A stretch of DNA of 50,683 bases from Actinomycetota bacterium (GTDB lineage: Bacteria; Actinomycetota; Acidimicrobiia; Spongiisociales; ZC4RG35). The stretch covers positions 40,252 to 90,934 of the forward strand of contig DAIOGO010000001.1 of assembly GCA_036745195.1 (NCBI GenBank), in the 5' to 3' direction. Every line of letters starts with the position of its first letter. Position 1 is the first letter of the stretch. Position numbers and translations under genes: made by a program. Of the stretch, positions 1-7,784 are shown piece by piece. The notes below the pieces were generated by a model that made no database searches, was not told the DNA's origin, and saw only the letters and a list, made by a program, of their open reading frames with translations.

Positions 1-569
1 AGATGGCGGTTGTCGCCCAACGCGAGGTGGGGGTGGATACCGCCTCGTTCGCCGATGCAGTCCACCGGGCCATGCGCCAGGATGTCGACGTGATCATGAT
101 CTCCCAGATCACCGACCAGGACGCTGCCAGGGCGGCAGTGGCGGCCGCCGAGACCGGCCACCTGGTGCTCGCCGCAATGCACACCGCCGATCCGGTCGAC
201 ACGGTCTCGCGTCTCGTCCATCTGTTCCCACCGGCCGAGCAGAAGACGGCCCGAACCCAGATCGCCACCCATCTCCGTGGGGTCATCAGCCAGCGGCTGG
301 TCGACGAGAGCGACACGATCGGCAAAGTGCTCGCCACCGAGATCATGATCACCAACAGCCGGATTCAGGAGCACGTCTTGGCCGACGCCGCCGCCGACGC
401 CTATCTCGACACGATGAAGGAGTCCGAGTTCTTCGGCATGCAGACGTTCGACCAATCGTTCCTCTCGCTGGTCAAGCAGCACCGGGTCCCGATGGGGACT
501 GCCCTCTCACACGTGAGGAACACCCACGAGTTCAGAGCCAAGGCGATGGAAGCCGGGATCAGCGTCTAG
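1..569 (+). CDS. pilT: PilT-like type IV pilus retraction ATPase, C-terminal ~188 aa (gene starts upstream of window)
   Basis: ORF 3..569 matches the C-terminal half of PilT by eye: QREVG-DT-SF, His box AAETGHLVLAAMHT, VISQRLV. The Met at nt 3 is internal, so the CDS is 5'-truncated by the window edge. The Walker B position reads IMISQITD instead of ILVGEMRD. Confidence 0.8.
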   Translation, partial: MAVVAQREVGVDTASFADAVHRAMRQDVDVIMISQITDQDAARAAVAAAETGHLVLAAMHTADPVDTVSRLVHLFPPAEQKTARTQIATHLRGVISQRLVDESDTIGKVLATEIMITNSRIQEHVLADAAADAYLDTMKESEFFGMQTFDQSFLSLVKQHRVPMGTALSHVRNTHEFRAKAMEAGISV

Positions 570-574
570 AGGAC

Positions 575-670
575 GTCGCGAGTCGCGAGTCTCGAGTCGC
601 GAGCCAGCATTCGATCAGGGGTTCAGGTTCCGCGTTCAAGGTCCTGCTTTGAACTTGCACCCTGCAACCC
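575..670. repeat. Heptamer-periodic non-coding tract, locus A: (GTCGCGA)x4 followed by GGTTCAG/GTTCAAG-type words
   Basis: 575-602 reads GTCGCGA GTCGCGA GTCTCGA GTCGCGA. 603-670 continues in a 7-nt register with GGGGTTCAGGTTCCGCGTTCAAGGTCC, words shared with the arrays at 5935-6195 and 47301-47596. It lies between the convergent pilT-like gene (stop 567-569) and the deacetylase gene (stop 724-726). Confidence 0.7.
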
Positions 671-723
671 GATACCGGCGCATCGACGAGGACGGCCCAC
701 GGTTCCGGTGACCGGGGACCGGT

Positions 724-1734
724 TCACAGCCTCCAGTGTCGGGCGGTGACGGACACCGCCCTCTCCAGCGCCTGCCACGAAGCGGCCGGCGAACGGCGGG
801 TCTCCGGATTCGGCGACTCCCCGGCAAACCCGGTCAACATGGCGGATACCGAATCCGTGAGAGCGGCCAGGTGGTATCCCCCCTCGAGGAACGCCACGGT
901 GCGGCTGGGCGCGACCGCCTGGCGCAGGGCCCCCGCCATCGCCCCGTAATCCGAGGCCAGCAGGCACATCTCGGCCAGGGGGTCGTCCTCGTGGGCGTCG
1001 AAACCGGCACTGACCAGCACCCAGGACGGCTGGAACTGGTGCGCCACCGGGAGGATGACCCGTTCGAAGGCGCTCCGGTACACGTCGCCCCCGGTCCCGG
1101 CCGGAAGCGGAATGTTGACCACGGTCCCGGCCCCCGACCCCACCCCGGTTTCGGCGACGTCGCCGCTGCCGGGGTAGAACTGCGATTGGTGGAGGCTGAC
1201 ATAGACGACGTCCGGGTCGTCGGCCACCAGATCCTGGGTTCCATTGCCGTGATGGACGTCCCAGTCGACGATCATGACCCGTTCGCCTTCGGCCCGCAGC
1301 ATTCGGGCGGCCACCACCGCGTTGTTGAAGAGGCAGAACCCCATCGCCCGTTTGGCCAGCGCATGGTGGCCGGGAGGGCGGACCGCACAGAAGGCCACCG
1401 ACTCGACCGGCGCCGCCCGCAGCAACGCCACTGCGGCGGGACCAGACCCGGCGGCCCGTGATGCCGCCTCGAAGGAGGAGACCGAAGCGACGGTGTCGGG
1501 GTCGAGTGCGCCTCCGCCCGAAGCACAGAAGCGCCCGATCGAATCGACGTACTCTGCCGGATGGGTCAACTCGAGAACCGCCCTGTCGACGACCGGGGAC
1601 TCGTGTCGCAGCACCTCGAGGCCGCTCGCCCTCACCCCCCGCTCGACTGCCTCCAGACGGAGGGGTCGCTCCGGGTGCCATGCTCCCGTGTCATGATCGA
1701 GGAAGACCCGGTGGGTGAGATAGATGACCGCCAC
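724..1734 (-). CDS. Histone deacetylase-family (class II HDAC / AcuC / acetylpolyamine amidohydrolase-like) zinc deacetylase
   Basis: 336-aa ORF with HDAC motifs RPPGHHA, DWDVHHGNGTQ, GFDAHEDDPL and EGGY. GTG start at 1734. Confidence 0.9.
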   Translation of the reverse strand: MAVIYLTHRVFLDHDTGAWHPERPLRLEAVERGVRASGLEVLRHESPVVDRAVLELTHPAEYVDSIGRFCASGGGALDPDTVASVSSFEAASRAAGSGPAAVALLRAAPVESVAFCAVRPPGHHALAKRAMGFCLFNNAVVAARMLRAEGERVMIVDWDVHHGNGTQDLVADDPDVVYVSLHQSQFYPGSGDVAETGVGSGAGTVVNIPLPAGTGGDVYRSAFERVILPVAHQFQPSWVLVSAGFDAHEDDPLAEMCLLASDYGAMAGALRQAVAPSRTVAFLEGGYHLAALTDSVSAMLTGFAGESPNPETRRSPAASWQALERAVSVTARHWRL

Positions 1735-1760
1735 GCGCCATACTTTGCCAGGATGAGAAC

Positions 1761-2480
1761 ATGAGCCGGTCGTTTCATGCTCGCGGGAGCTGGCCAGGGG
1801 TGGTCACCTTCAGGAGTGGCTGGGCCAGCGCCAGGGCCCGACCGTGGAACGACGACCTTCCCGACGCCAGCCTGCTTCTCGAGCGGGGCGGTTCCTCACT
1901 CATCCAGGCCGCCACCGGGTGGCTGGCTGAGCAAGGCGCCCCGGCGGTCGTGTCGCCCCCCCTTCACCCCAGTTCCGTCGGCATCTGGGAAGCCTCGGGT
2001 TTCGCTTCGTTCCGCACGCTCCAACTGATGGAGCGCGACCTGTCTGTCAAAGTCCCGTCTCCGCCCCACCCGGTCCGCCCCGGACGCCAGGACGACTGGA
2101 GGGCGGCCGCCGCCATCGACGCCGAGGCTTTCGCGGTCGATTGGAGGATCGGACGGGCCGGGCTGGCCGATGCGGTTTCGGCCACCCCCCGTTCCCGTTT
2201 CCTGGTGAGCGAGTGCCAGGGGGTTCCGGTCGGGTTTGCCATCGTCGGTGCGTCGGGGAGCGGGTCTTATCTGCAACGGATCGCGGTGCTGCCGGACTGC
2301 CAGCATCACGGGTACGGGACCGCACTGCTGCTCGCCGCCCTGCGCTGGGCCCGGCACCGAAACGCTTCCACCATGATCCTCAACACCAAACCGGCCAACC
2401 AGGCCGCCACCTCGCTCTACCTGGCGCACCGTTTCGATCCCCTTCCCGAACCCCTCCACATCTACCGGTACGCGTCGTGA
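1761..2480 (+). CDS. GNAT-family N-acetyltransferase
   Basis: 239-aa ORF. The C-terminal half carries the acetyl-CoA binding motif QRIAVLPDCQHHGYGTALLLAAL. ATG at 1761, only 26 bp from the divergent deacetylase start. Confidence 0.85.
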   Translation: MSRSFHARGSWPGVVTFRSGWASARARPWNDDLPDASLLLERGGSSLIQAATGWLAEQGAPAVVSPPLHPSSVGIWEASGFASFRTLQLMERDLSVKVPSPPHPVRPGRQDDWRAAAAIDAEAFAVDWRIGRAGLADAVSATPRSRFLVSECQGVPVGFAIVGASGSGSYLQRIAVLPDCQHHGYGTALLLAALRWARHRNASTMILNTKPANQAATSLYLAHRFDPLPEPLHIYRYAS

Positions 2481-3295
2481 TCCGGATCGTCACCGACTCG
2501 TCTAGCGATCTGCCACCCGCTCTGGCCGAATCTCAGTCGATCACGATCGTCCCTCTCACCATTCGGTTTGGTGACACGGAGTACACCGATCGAGCCGACC
2601 TCTCGTCCGCGGAGTTCTGGGCCACGCTGGGGACGTCGCCTCATCTCCCCGAGACGGCCGCCCCCTCGGCCGGTGCCTTCGCCTCCACCTATCGACGACT
2701 GGCGGAAGAGGGCGCCGAGGGCATCGTGGCGGTGACACTGTCGTCCCGCATGTCCGCCACCTACCAGGCAGCCGTGCTCGGCGCCGAGGCAGAACCGTCC
2801 ATCCCCGTGCGAGTGATCGACAGCGCCACGGTCTCGATGGGGCTGGGGTTGATAGCCCTGGCCGCCGCCCGGGGAGCAGGCCAGGGCCTGTCGCTCGAGA
2901 CGTTGGCGGAGGCGGCGGCGAGGGACGCCCGGAGGGCCCGGTTGCTCGCCGCCCTCGACACCCTGGAGATGTTGCGACGGGGTGGCCGGATCGGTGGAGC
3001 CCAGGCGCTGCTCGGAGGCCTCCTCGACATCAAGCCGCTCATCACGGTCGAAGATGGACTGGTGAGCGCGGCAGGCAAGGTCCGGACCCGGTCGAAGGCG
3101 GTCGACGCGCTGGTGGCCTCCCTGGCCGGCCGAACCCCGGAGTCGATCGCCCTTCTCCACACCAACCCTGACGACGTCGGTCCGCTCCACGATCGATTGG
3201 CGGCGCTGGGGGTCCCGATCATGCCCTGCCTGCTCGGGGCAGTGGTCGGAACCCATACCGGCGCGGGCACCCTCGGCGTGGCCTACCTCGACTGA
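2477..3295 (+). CDS. degV: DegV-family fatty-acid-binding protein
   Basis: The N-terminus VIRIVTDSSSDLP is typical of DegV, and the length (~272 aa) fits the family. GTG 2477 overlaps the GNAT stop (GTGA). The ORF-track start at 2141 lies inside the GNAT gene and was discarded. Confidence 0.85.
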   Translation: MIRIVTDSSSDLPPALAESQSITIVPLTIRFGDTEYTDRADLSSAEFWATLGTSPHLPETAAPSAGAFASTYRRLAEEGAEGIVAVTLSSRMSATYQAAVLGAEAEPSIPVRVIDSATVSMGLGLIALAAARGAGQGLSLETLAEAAARDARRARLLAALDTLEMLRRGGRIGGAQALLGGLLDIKPLITVEDGLVSAAGKVRTRSKAVDALVASLAGRTPESIALLHTNPDDVGPLHDRLAALGVPIMPCLLGAVVGTHTGAGTLGVAYLD

Positions 3296-3296
3296 C

Positions 3297-4595
3297 ATGC
3301 CTCCCCCACTGCCAGATCGTTATCGCCTCGAAGTCCGGCTCGAACGGGACGAGGATATCGAGCAGTGGCTGGGAACCGACCTGTCACTCGATCGTCCGGT
3401 GCTGCTCAGGATGCTCGGCCCCGAGACCGAGCCCACCCGCCGCCATCGCTTCCTGGAGGCGGTGCGGGCGGCCTCCTCGATCAATCATGCCCATCTCGTC
3501 CAGTTGTTCACCGCCGACGAGGTGGTGAATGGCGCTTACGCAGTGTCGGAGTGGCCGGGCGGATCGACCCTGGCCGACCGGCTGGCATCGGGCGAGACCA
3601 TGGCCGTGGACGACTTCCTCCCCAGCGCCGCCGGTCTCGCCTCGGCACTGGCTGCCCTCCATTCGAACGGGATCGTCCACGGCGCCATCGACACCTCGGC
3701 CATCACGTACTCGCTCGCCCACCCCGCCAAGCTGGGAGGGTTGGGACGCAAGCCCCGGGTGGCCACGGTCGCCGACGACGTCAGGGCGCTGGTTTCGACC
3801 CTCGAGGAGGGACTGACCGGATACAAACCGGGGGGACCTGCCCCATCGGAGATCGTCGACGGCATCCATCCCCGAGTCGACGACATCCTCGACCGCGGCT
3901 GGAAGGGGCTTCTGACCGCCCAGGCCCTCTCCGAAGAGTTGACGGCGGCACCTTCCATCCCAAAACGCCGCATCGACTCGCCGTCGTGGTCCCGGCGACT
4001 TTTGCTGGCGGCCGGCGGGCTCGCCCTGCTGGCGGTGGCACTGGTTGCCGCCGGACAGCTCCTCGCCGGAGGAGAAGGCGGGGGGATCGCGGTGCCGATC
4101 GACCCGCGTTCGGCGCCACCCGCCACCGCCCCGATCGCCTCGACCACCATCGTCACCGCGCCGACCGGATTGACCCTCGCTGCACCGCCCGAGGTCGTGA
4201 CGGTGGACCCGTTCGGGAGCAACGAGGAGAACGACCAGAACCTGCCCGCCCTTACGGACGGTGATTCCGCCTCGAGCTGGCGGTCGGAGCGTTACCGGGA
4301 CCAACTCTCGCTGATCAAGCCCGGACTGGGCCTGGGGTTCAGGGCGGTGGGCACTCCGCTCGAACTCGTGATCGAAGGCATCACAACCGGGCTCTCCTAC
4401 GAGATCGGCTGGTCTCCCTCGCCCAGCATCGATTCCCTGGAGCACGTCGGGCGGGGAGTCAACCGCGCCGGAACGCTGGCGATCCAGTTGCCCCGCCGCC
4501 AGGACGGCTGGTGGATCCTGTGGGTGACCGAGATCCCGGCCGACGGAGCAGGAGAACGGTCGTTCGAGGTGGCAGAAGTACGCTTCGGGTCGTGA
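3297..4595 (+). CDS. Membrane-anchored pseudokinase with extracytoplasmic sugar-binding-like domain (equivalent to the C-terminal part of mycobacterial MviN/Rv3910, no flippase domain)
   Basis: Kinase-like fold (YRLEVRL..., EWPGGSTLADRL) with degenerate catalytic motifs: VLLRML replaces VAIK, IVHGAIDTSAI replaces HRDxKxxN, KLGGLG replaces DFG. One TM segment (LLLAAGGLALLAVALVAAGQLLA). The C-terminal domain has ALTDGDSASSWRSERY, which is discoidin/CBM-like. It sits directly upstream of the ECF sigma gene, as mviN does in Mycobacterium. Confidence 0.75.
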   Translation: MPPPLPDRYRLEVRLERDEDIEQWLGTDLSLDRPVLLRMLGPETEPTRRHRFLEAVRAASSINHAHLVQLFTADEVVNGAYAVSEWPGGSTLADRLASGETMAVDDFLPSAAGLASALAALHSNGIVHGAIDTSAITYSLAHPAKLGGLGRKPRVATVADDVRALVSTLEEGLTGYKPGGPAPSEIVDGIHPRVDDILDRGWKGLLTAQALSEELTAAPSIPKRRIDSPSWSRRLLLAAGGLALLAVALVAAGQLLAGGEGGGIAVPIDPRSAPPATAPIASTTIVTAPTGLTLAAPPEVVTVDPFGSNEENDQNLPALTDGDSASSWRSERYRDQLSLIKPGLGLGFRAVGTPLELVIEGITTGLSYEIGWSPSPSIDSLEHVGRGVNRAGTLAIQLPRRQDGWWILWVTEIPADGAGERSFEVAEVRFGS

Positions 4596-4624
4596 CTTCA
4601 GGTCGAAACCCACGGCTCGCCGAG

Positions 4625-5185
4625 ATGGATGACATCGGTCTCGTCCAACTGGTGGCGGGTGGCGACCGGAGTGCGTTCTCCGCTCTGATGGAACGTCATC
4701 AGGACCTGGTTTTCGGGGTTGCGCTCCGGCTGATGGGAAACCGGGAAGCCGCCCTCGACGCCGTCCAGGAGACGTTCATAACGCTGTTTCGCAAGGCCGA
4801 TCGGTTTCGGGCCGAGGCAGCCTTCACGACCTGGCTCTACCGGGTCACCACCAACACCTGTTACGACCTGCTCCGCAAGCAGCGGCGCCGTCATGCCGAT
4901 CCCCTGCCCGAACATCACGACCCCGTCGACACCCGGACCGCCGACCAGTTCACGTCCGTCGAACTCCGCCCGGCGGTCGAGAGCGCCCTCGCCTCGATCC
5001 CGCCGGAATTCCGCGCCGCCGTCATACTCTCGGATCTCGAAGGCCTCTCGATGGAGGAGATCTCCCGGGTGCTGGATATCCCGATCGGTACCGCCAAGTC
5101 GAGGCTGTTCCGGGGGCGAAGACTCCTGGCCGAACGACTCGGGAACCTTCTCGACACCAACCGACCTCTAACCGACGATGCATGA
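4625..5185 (+). CDS. sigM: ECF (group IV) RNA polymerase sigma factor, SigM-like by position
   Basis: Region 2 (LVFGVALRLMGNREAALDAVQETFITLF) and region 4 HTH (LSMEEISRVLDIPIGTAKSRLFRGRRLL). ATG 4625 was chosen; in-frame GTG 4592 (GTGA overlap with the upstream stop) is an alternative. The symbol rests on synteny only. Confidence 0.85.
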   Translation: MDDIGLVQLVAGGDRSAFSALMERHQDLVFGVALRLMGNREAALDAVQETFITLFRKADRFRAEAAFTTWLYRVTTNTCYDLLRKQRRRHADPLPEHHDPVDTRTADQFTSVELRPAVESALASIPPEFRAAVILSDLEGLSMEEISRVLDIPIGTAKSRLFRGRRLLAERLGNLLDTNRPLTDDA

Positions 5186-5930
5186 CCACGATCTCGACCT
5201 CGTAGCCGATCTCAGCATCGGTCTCGACCCCGACGGGGCTGCCCGGCGATTGGTCGACTCGTGTGCCGAGTGCGCCGCCGAGTTCACCCGCCAGGTGGCG
5301 GTTCGTGACCTGCTGGGCGGGATGCCGGCGGCGGTCATGACCGATGACGAACGACGGAGTCTGCGGGCGGCGGTGGGCAAGGAGTTGGACCGGGGCGCCT
5401 CTGTCCTGGCCTTCCCCCGGCGATGGGCGACGATCGGTTCGGTGGCGGCCGGCGTGCTCGTGCTGGTAGGGGTGGGGGGCGTCCTCAGCCAGTTGGGTGG
5501 GGGCAACGGTGCCGCCGAGTTCGACACGATCGCCAGTGCCCTGGGAGGAGCGCAAACCGAGACCACCGCAGCTCCCAGCGCCGACCAGAGCTTCACTGCC
5601 GCCGAGATGGCGCCGGCCGGGGTCGAGCCGATCCGCTTGGTCGACTTCGGCGCGTTGGACCTGCAGGCGTTCGTGGCCCGTCTAGCCGAGCAGGCCGACC
5701 TCGACGAGAAGGCCCGAGCCGGTGGCGACACCACCGGGACCACCACCACCTCCTCGATCACGCCCGGCGACCCGCAGCAGCCGGCCTGTCTGGATCGTGT
5801 CGCCGCACCGGGCCAGACGGTGGTGACGGCCGTCGTCGACGGAACGCCGGTGGTTGCCTACCTGCCGCTGGGTGAGGCAACCTTCGTCGCCTTCCGGATG
5901 TCGGACTGCGAGCCCTTCCCCCTCGAGTGA
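5178..5930 (+). CDS. Anti-sigma factor (single-pass membrane protein) cognate to the upstream ECF sigma
   Basis: The start overlaps the sigma gene stop by 8 nt (ATGCATGA). The N-terminal cytoplasmic segment has CAEC, followed by one TM (WATIGSVAAGVLVLVGVGGVL) and an extracytoplasmic C-terminal domain. The position is equivalent to anti-SigM. Confidence 0.7.
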   Translation: MHDHDLDLVADLSIGLDPDGAARRLVDSCAECAAEFTRQVAVRDLLGGMPAAVMTDDERRSLRAAVGKELDRGASVLAFPRRWATIGSVAAGVLVLVGVGGVLSQLGGGNGAAEFDTIASALGGAQTETTAAPSADQSFTAAEMAPAGVEPIRLVDFGALDLQAFVARLAEQADLDEKARAGGDTTGTTTTSSITPGDPQQPACLDRVAAPGQTVVTAVVDGTPVVAYLPLGEATFVAFRMSDCEPFPLE

Positions 5931-5934
5931 TCCC

Positions 5935-6195
5935 GTCCTGCGCCATGCGTCCTGCGCCATGCGTCCTGCGCCATGCGTCCTGCGCCATGCGCCATGCGTC
6001 CTGCGCCATGCGTCCTGCGCCATGCGCCATGCGCCCTGGGCGGTTCAAGGTTCAAAGTACAAAGTTCAAGGTCTTCACCTTCAACCTTCAACGTTCTACC
6101 TTCTACTTTCAACCTTCCTCGTTCGTCGTTCCGCGTTCATCGTTCATCGTTCATCGTTGATCGTTCATCGTCTTCCTTCTTCGGTCTCGTCTCGG
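5935..6195. repeat. Composite heptamer array, locus B: four consecutive blocks of 7-bp words (about 36 units)
   Basis: 5935-6039 holds 15 units of GTCCTGC/GCCATGC. After a 2-nt slip, 6042-6076 reads GGTTCAA GGTTCAA AGTACAA AGTTCAA GGTCTTC. 6077-6118 holds ACCTTCA-type x6, and 6119-6174 holds TCGTTCA-type x8, decaying to CCTTCTT/CGGTCTC. Every position was read directly. The period of 7 excludes coding. Confidence 0.9.
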
Positions 6196-6211
6196 TATCC
6201 TTCGAGCGCCA

Positions 6212-6490
6212 ATGCCCGAGTTCGCCGCCAAGCTCGCCGACTTCCTGGAGTCGATCGCTGTCAAGGCGCGCGCCCTCACCGTCGATCGAGCCAATCGGGC
6301 GATCGTCATCGCCGGCCTGGGGCTTCCGATCACGGTGCTCGCCCTGATGGCGGTTGTGTTCCTCTTCATGACGATCCACGGCGCCCTGGCGGTCCCTCTC
6401 GGTGATGCCGCCGCCTTCGGCATCCTGACGGGACTATTCGGACTGGCAGGGGCGTTGGTCTGGAGCAAGAGAAGCAAGGAATCATCGTGA
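6212..6490 (+). CDS. Small two-TM membrane protein of unknown function, translationally coupled to trxB
   Basis: 92-aa ORF with strong third-position GC bias, an amphipathic N-terminus, two hydrophobic helices and a basic tail (KRSKESS). Its stop overlaps the trxB GTG start (GTGA at 6487-6490). No obvious SD upstream. Confidence 0.65.
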   Translation: MPEFAAKLADFLESIAVKARALTVDRANRAIVIAGLGLPITVLALMAVVFLFMTIHGALAVPLGDAAAFGILTGLFGLAGALVWSKRSKESS

Positions 6491-7404
6491 TCGAAGACGT
6501 CATCATCATCGGGAGCGGCCCGGCCGGATATACCGCCGCCCTCTACGCCGCCAGGGCGAACCTCAGACCCCTCGTGTTCGAAGGAACGGTGTCGGGTGGT
6601 CAACTCATGATCACCACCGACGTCGAGAACTACCCGGGTTTTCCGGACGGGATCCTCGGGCCGGAACTGATGGAGAGGTTCCGCAAGCAGGCGGAACGGT
6701 TCGACGCCCGCCTGGTCACGACCGACGTGACCAGGGTCGATTTCAGCCAGGAGCCCTTCCGGGTCTGGGCCGGCGCCGACGAGTATCAGGCCAGGGCGGT
6801 CATCGTCGCCACCGGGGCAAGTGCCATCTGGCTCGGTGTTCCCGGAGAGGAACGCCTCACTGGTCGGGGTGTCTCCGCCTGCGCCACCTGCGATGGCTTC
6901 TTCTTCCGGGACCGGGAGTTGGTCGTGGTGGGGGGAGGCGACTCGGCGATGGAGGAGGCCACATTCCTCACCAAGTTCGCCTCCAAGGTGACGATCGTCC
7001 ACCGCCGGGACGAATTCCGCGCCTCCAAGATCATGGCCGAGCGAGCGCTGGCCAACCCCAAGATGGAAGTGATATGGAATGCCACTGTCTCCGAGATCCT
7101 CGGCGACGGGGAGGTGACCGGGGTGACCCTCACCGACACAGTGGATGGATCGACCCGTGACTTCCCAACCAACGGTGTGTTCGTGGCGATCGGACACCGA
7201 CCAAACACCGAGATCTTCGCCGGGCAGATCGACCTCGACGACAAGGGGTATGTGGTGTTGCCAGGGCGGGGAACCGAGACCTCGGTGGCGGGTGTGTTCG
7301 CCGCCGGCGACGTCGCCGACTCGCGGTACCGTCAGGCAATCACCGCCGCCGGGAGCGGATGTCAGGCGGCGCTGGATGCCGGACACCACCTCGCAGGAAT
7401 GTAA
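6487..7404 (+). CDS. trxB: Thioredoxin-disulfide reductase
   Basis: FAD motif [12 protein letters not shown], redox-active [14 protein letters not shown] motif [12 protein letters not shown], and C-terminal GDVAD...[10 protein letters not shown]. Confidence 0.95.
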   Translation: MIEDVIIIGSGPAGYTAALYAARANLRPLVFEGTVSGGQLMITTDVENYPGFPDGILGPELMERFRKQAERFDARLVTTDVTRVDFSQEPFRVWAGADEYQARAVIVATGASAIWLGVPGEERLTGRGVSACATCDGFFFRDRELVVVGGGDSAMEEATFLTKFASKVTIVHRRDEFRASKIMAERALANPKMEVIWNATVSEILGDGEVTGVTLTDTVDGSTRDFPTNGVFVAIGHRPNTEIFAGQIDLDDKGYVVLPGRGTETSVAGVFAAGDVADSRYRQAITAAGSGCQAALDAGHHLAGM

Positions 7405-7460
7405 GCGCCGCCGGCGGGGTTCACAACCGTTGGAACACAACACGACCCAAGGAGCAGCAG

Positions 7461-7784
7461 TTGTCAGCGACCATCACCCTCACCGATTCGAACTTCGCCC
7501 AGGCCATCTCCGGGAGCCAGCCCGTCTTGGTCGACTTCTGGGCCGAGTGGTGCGGGCCTTGCCGTATGGTCGCCCCGGTGCTCGATGAGCTCGCCGTCGA
7601 CAAAGGCGACCAGCTGACCATCGCCAAGCTCAACATCGACGAGAACCCGCAGACGCCCGCCAACTTCGACGTGATGAGCATTCCCACCCTCATCCTCTTC
7701 AAGGACGGAGTCGAGAAGAAGCGCATCATCGGGGCCCGCCCCAAGCACCAGATCGAGGCAGAGCTTTCGGAGTTCCTCATCTGA
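7461..7784 (+). CDS. trxA: Thioredoxin
   Basis: WCGPC active site in a 107-aa product. TTG start at 7461 sits 6 nt downstream of AAGGAG (7449-7454). The upstream part of ORF 7359.. overlaps the trxB 3' end and was discarded. Confidence 0.9.
   Translation: MSATITLTDSNFAQAISGSQPVLVDFWAEWCGPCRMVAPVLDELAVDKGDQLTIAKLNIDENPQTPANFDVMSIPTLILFKDGVEKKRIIGARPKHQIEAELSEFLI

Noticed and set aside
623-1681. 352-aa minus-strand ORF (and nested ORFs 736..1461, 834..1244, 1274..1696) overlapping the deacetylase gene
   Set aside because: The translations are Arg/Gly/Pro-rich, low-complexity and lack motifs, typical of wrong frames in high-GC DNA. The 724..1734 frame carries complete HDAC motifs.
5854-6405. 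ORFs reading through the heptamer array (183 aa, 77 aa, 124 aa, and minus-strand 96-113 aa) and the idea that the array is a CRISPR or a coding tandem repeat
   Set aside because: The period is 7 nt, not a multiple of 3, so every frame yields shifting repeat peptides such as CAMRHAS and RSSFIVH. There are no unique spacers and no 25-40 nt repeats, so it is not CRISPR.
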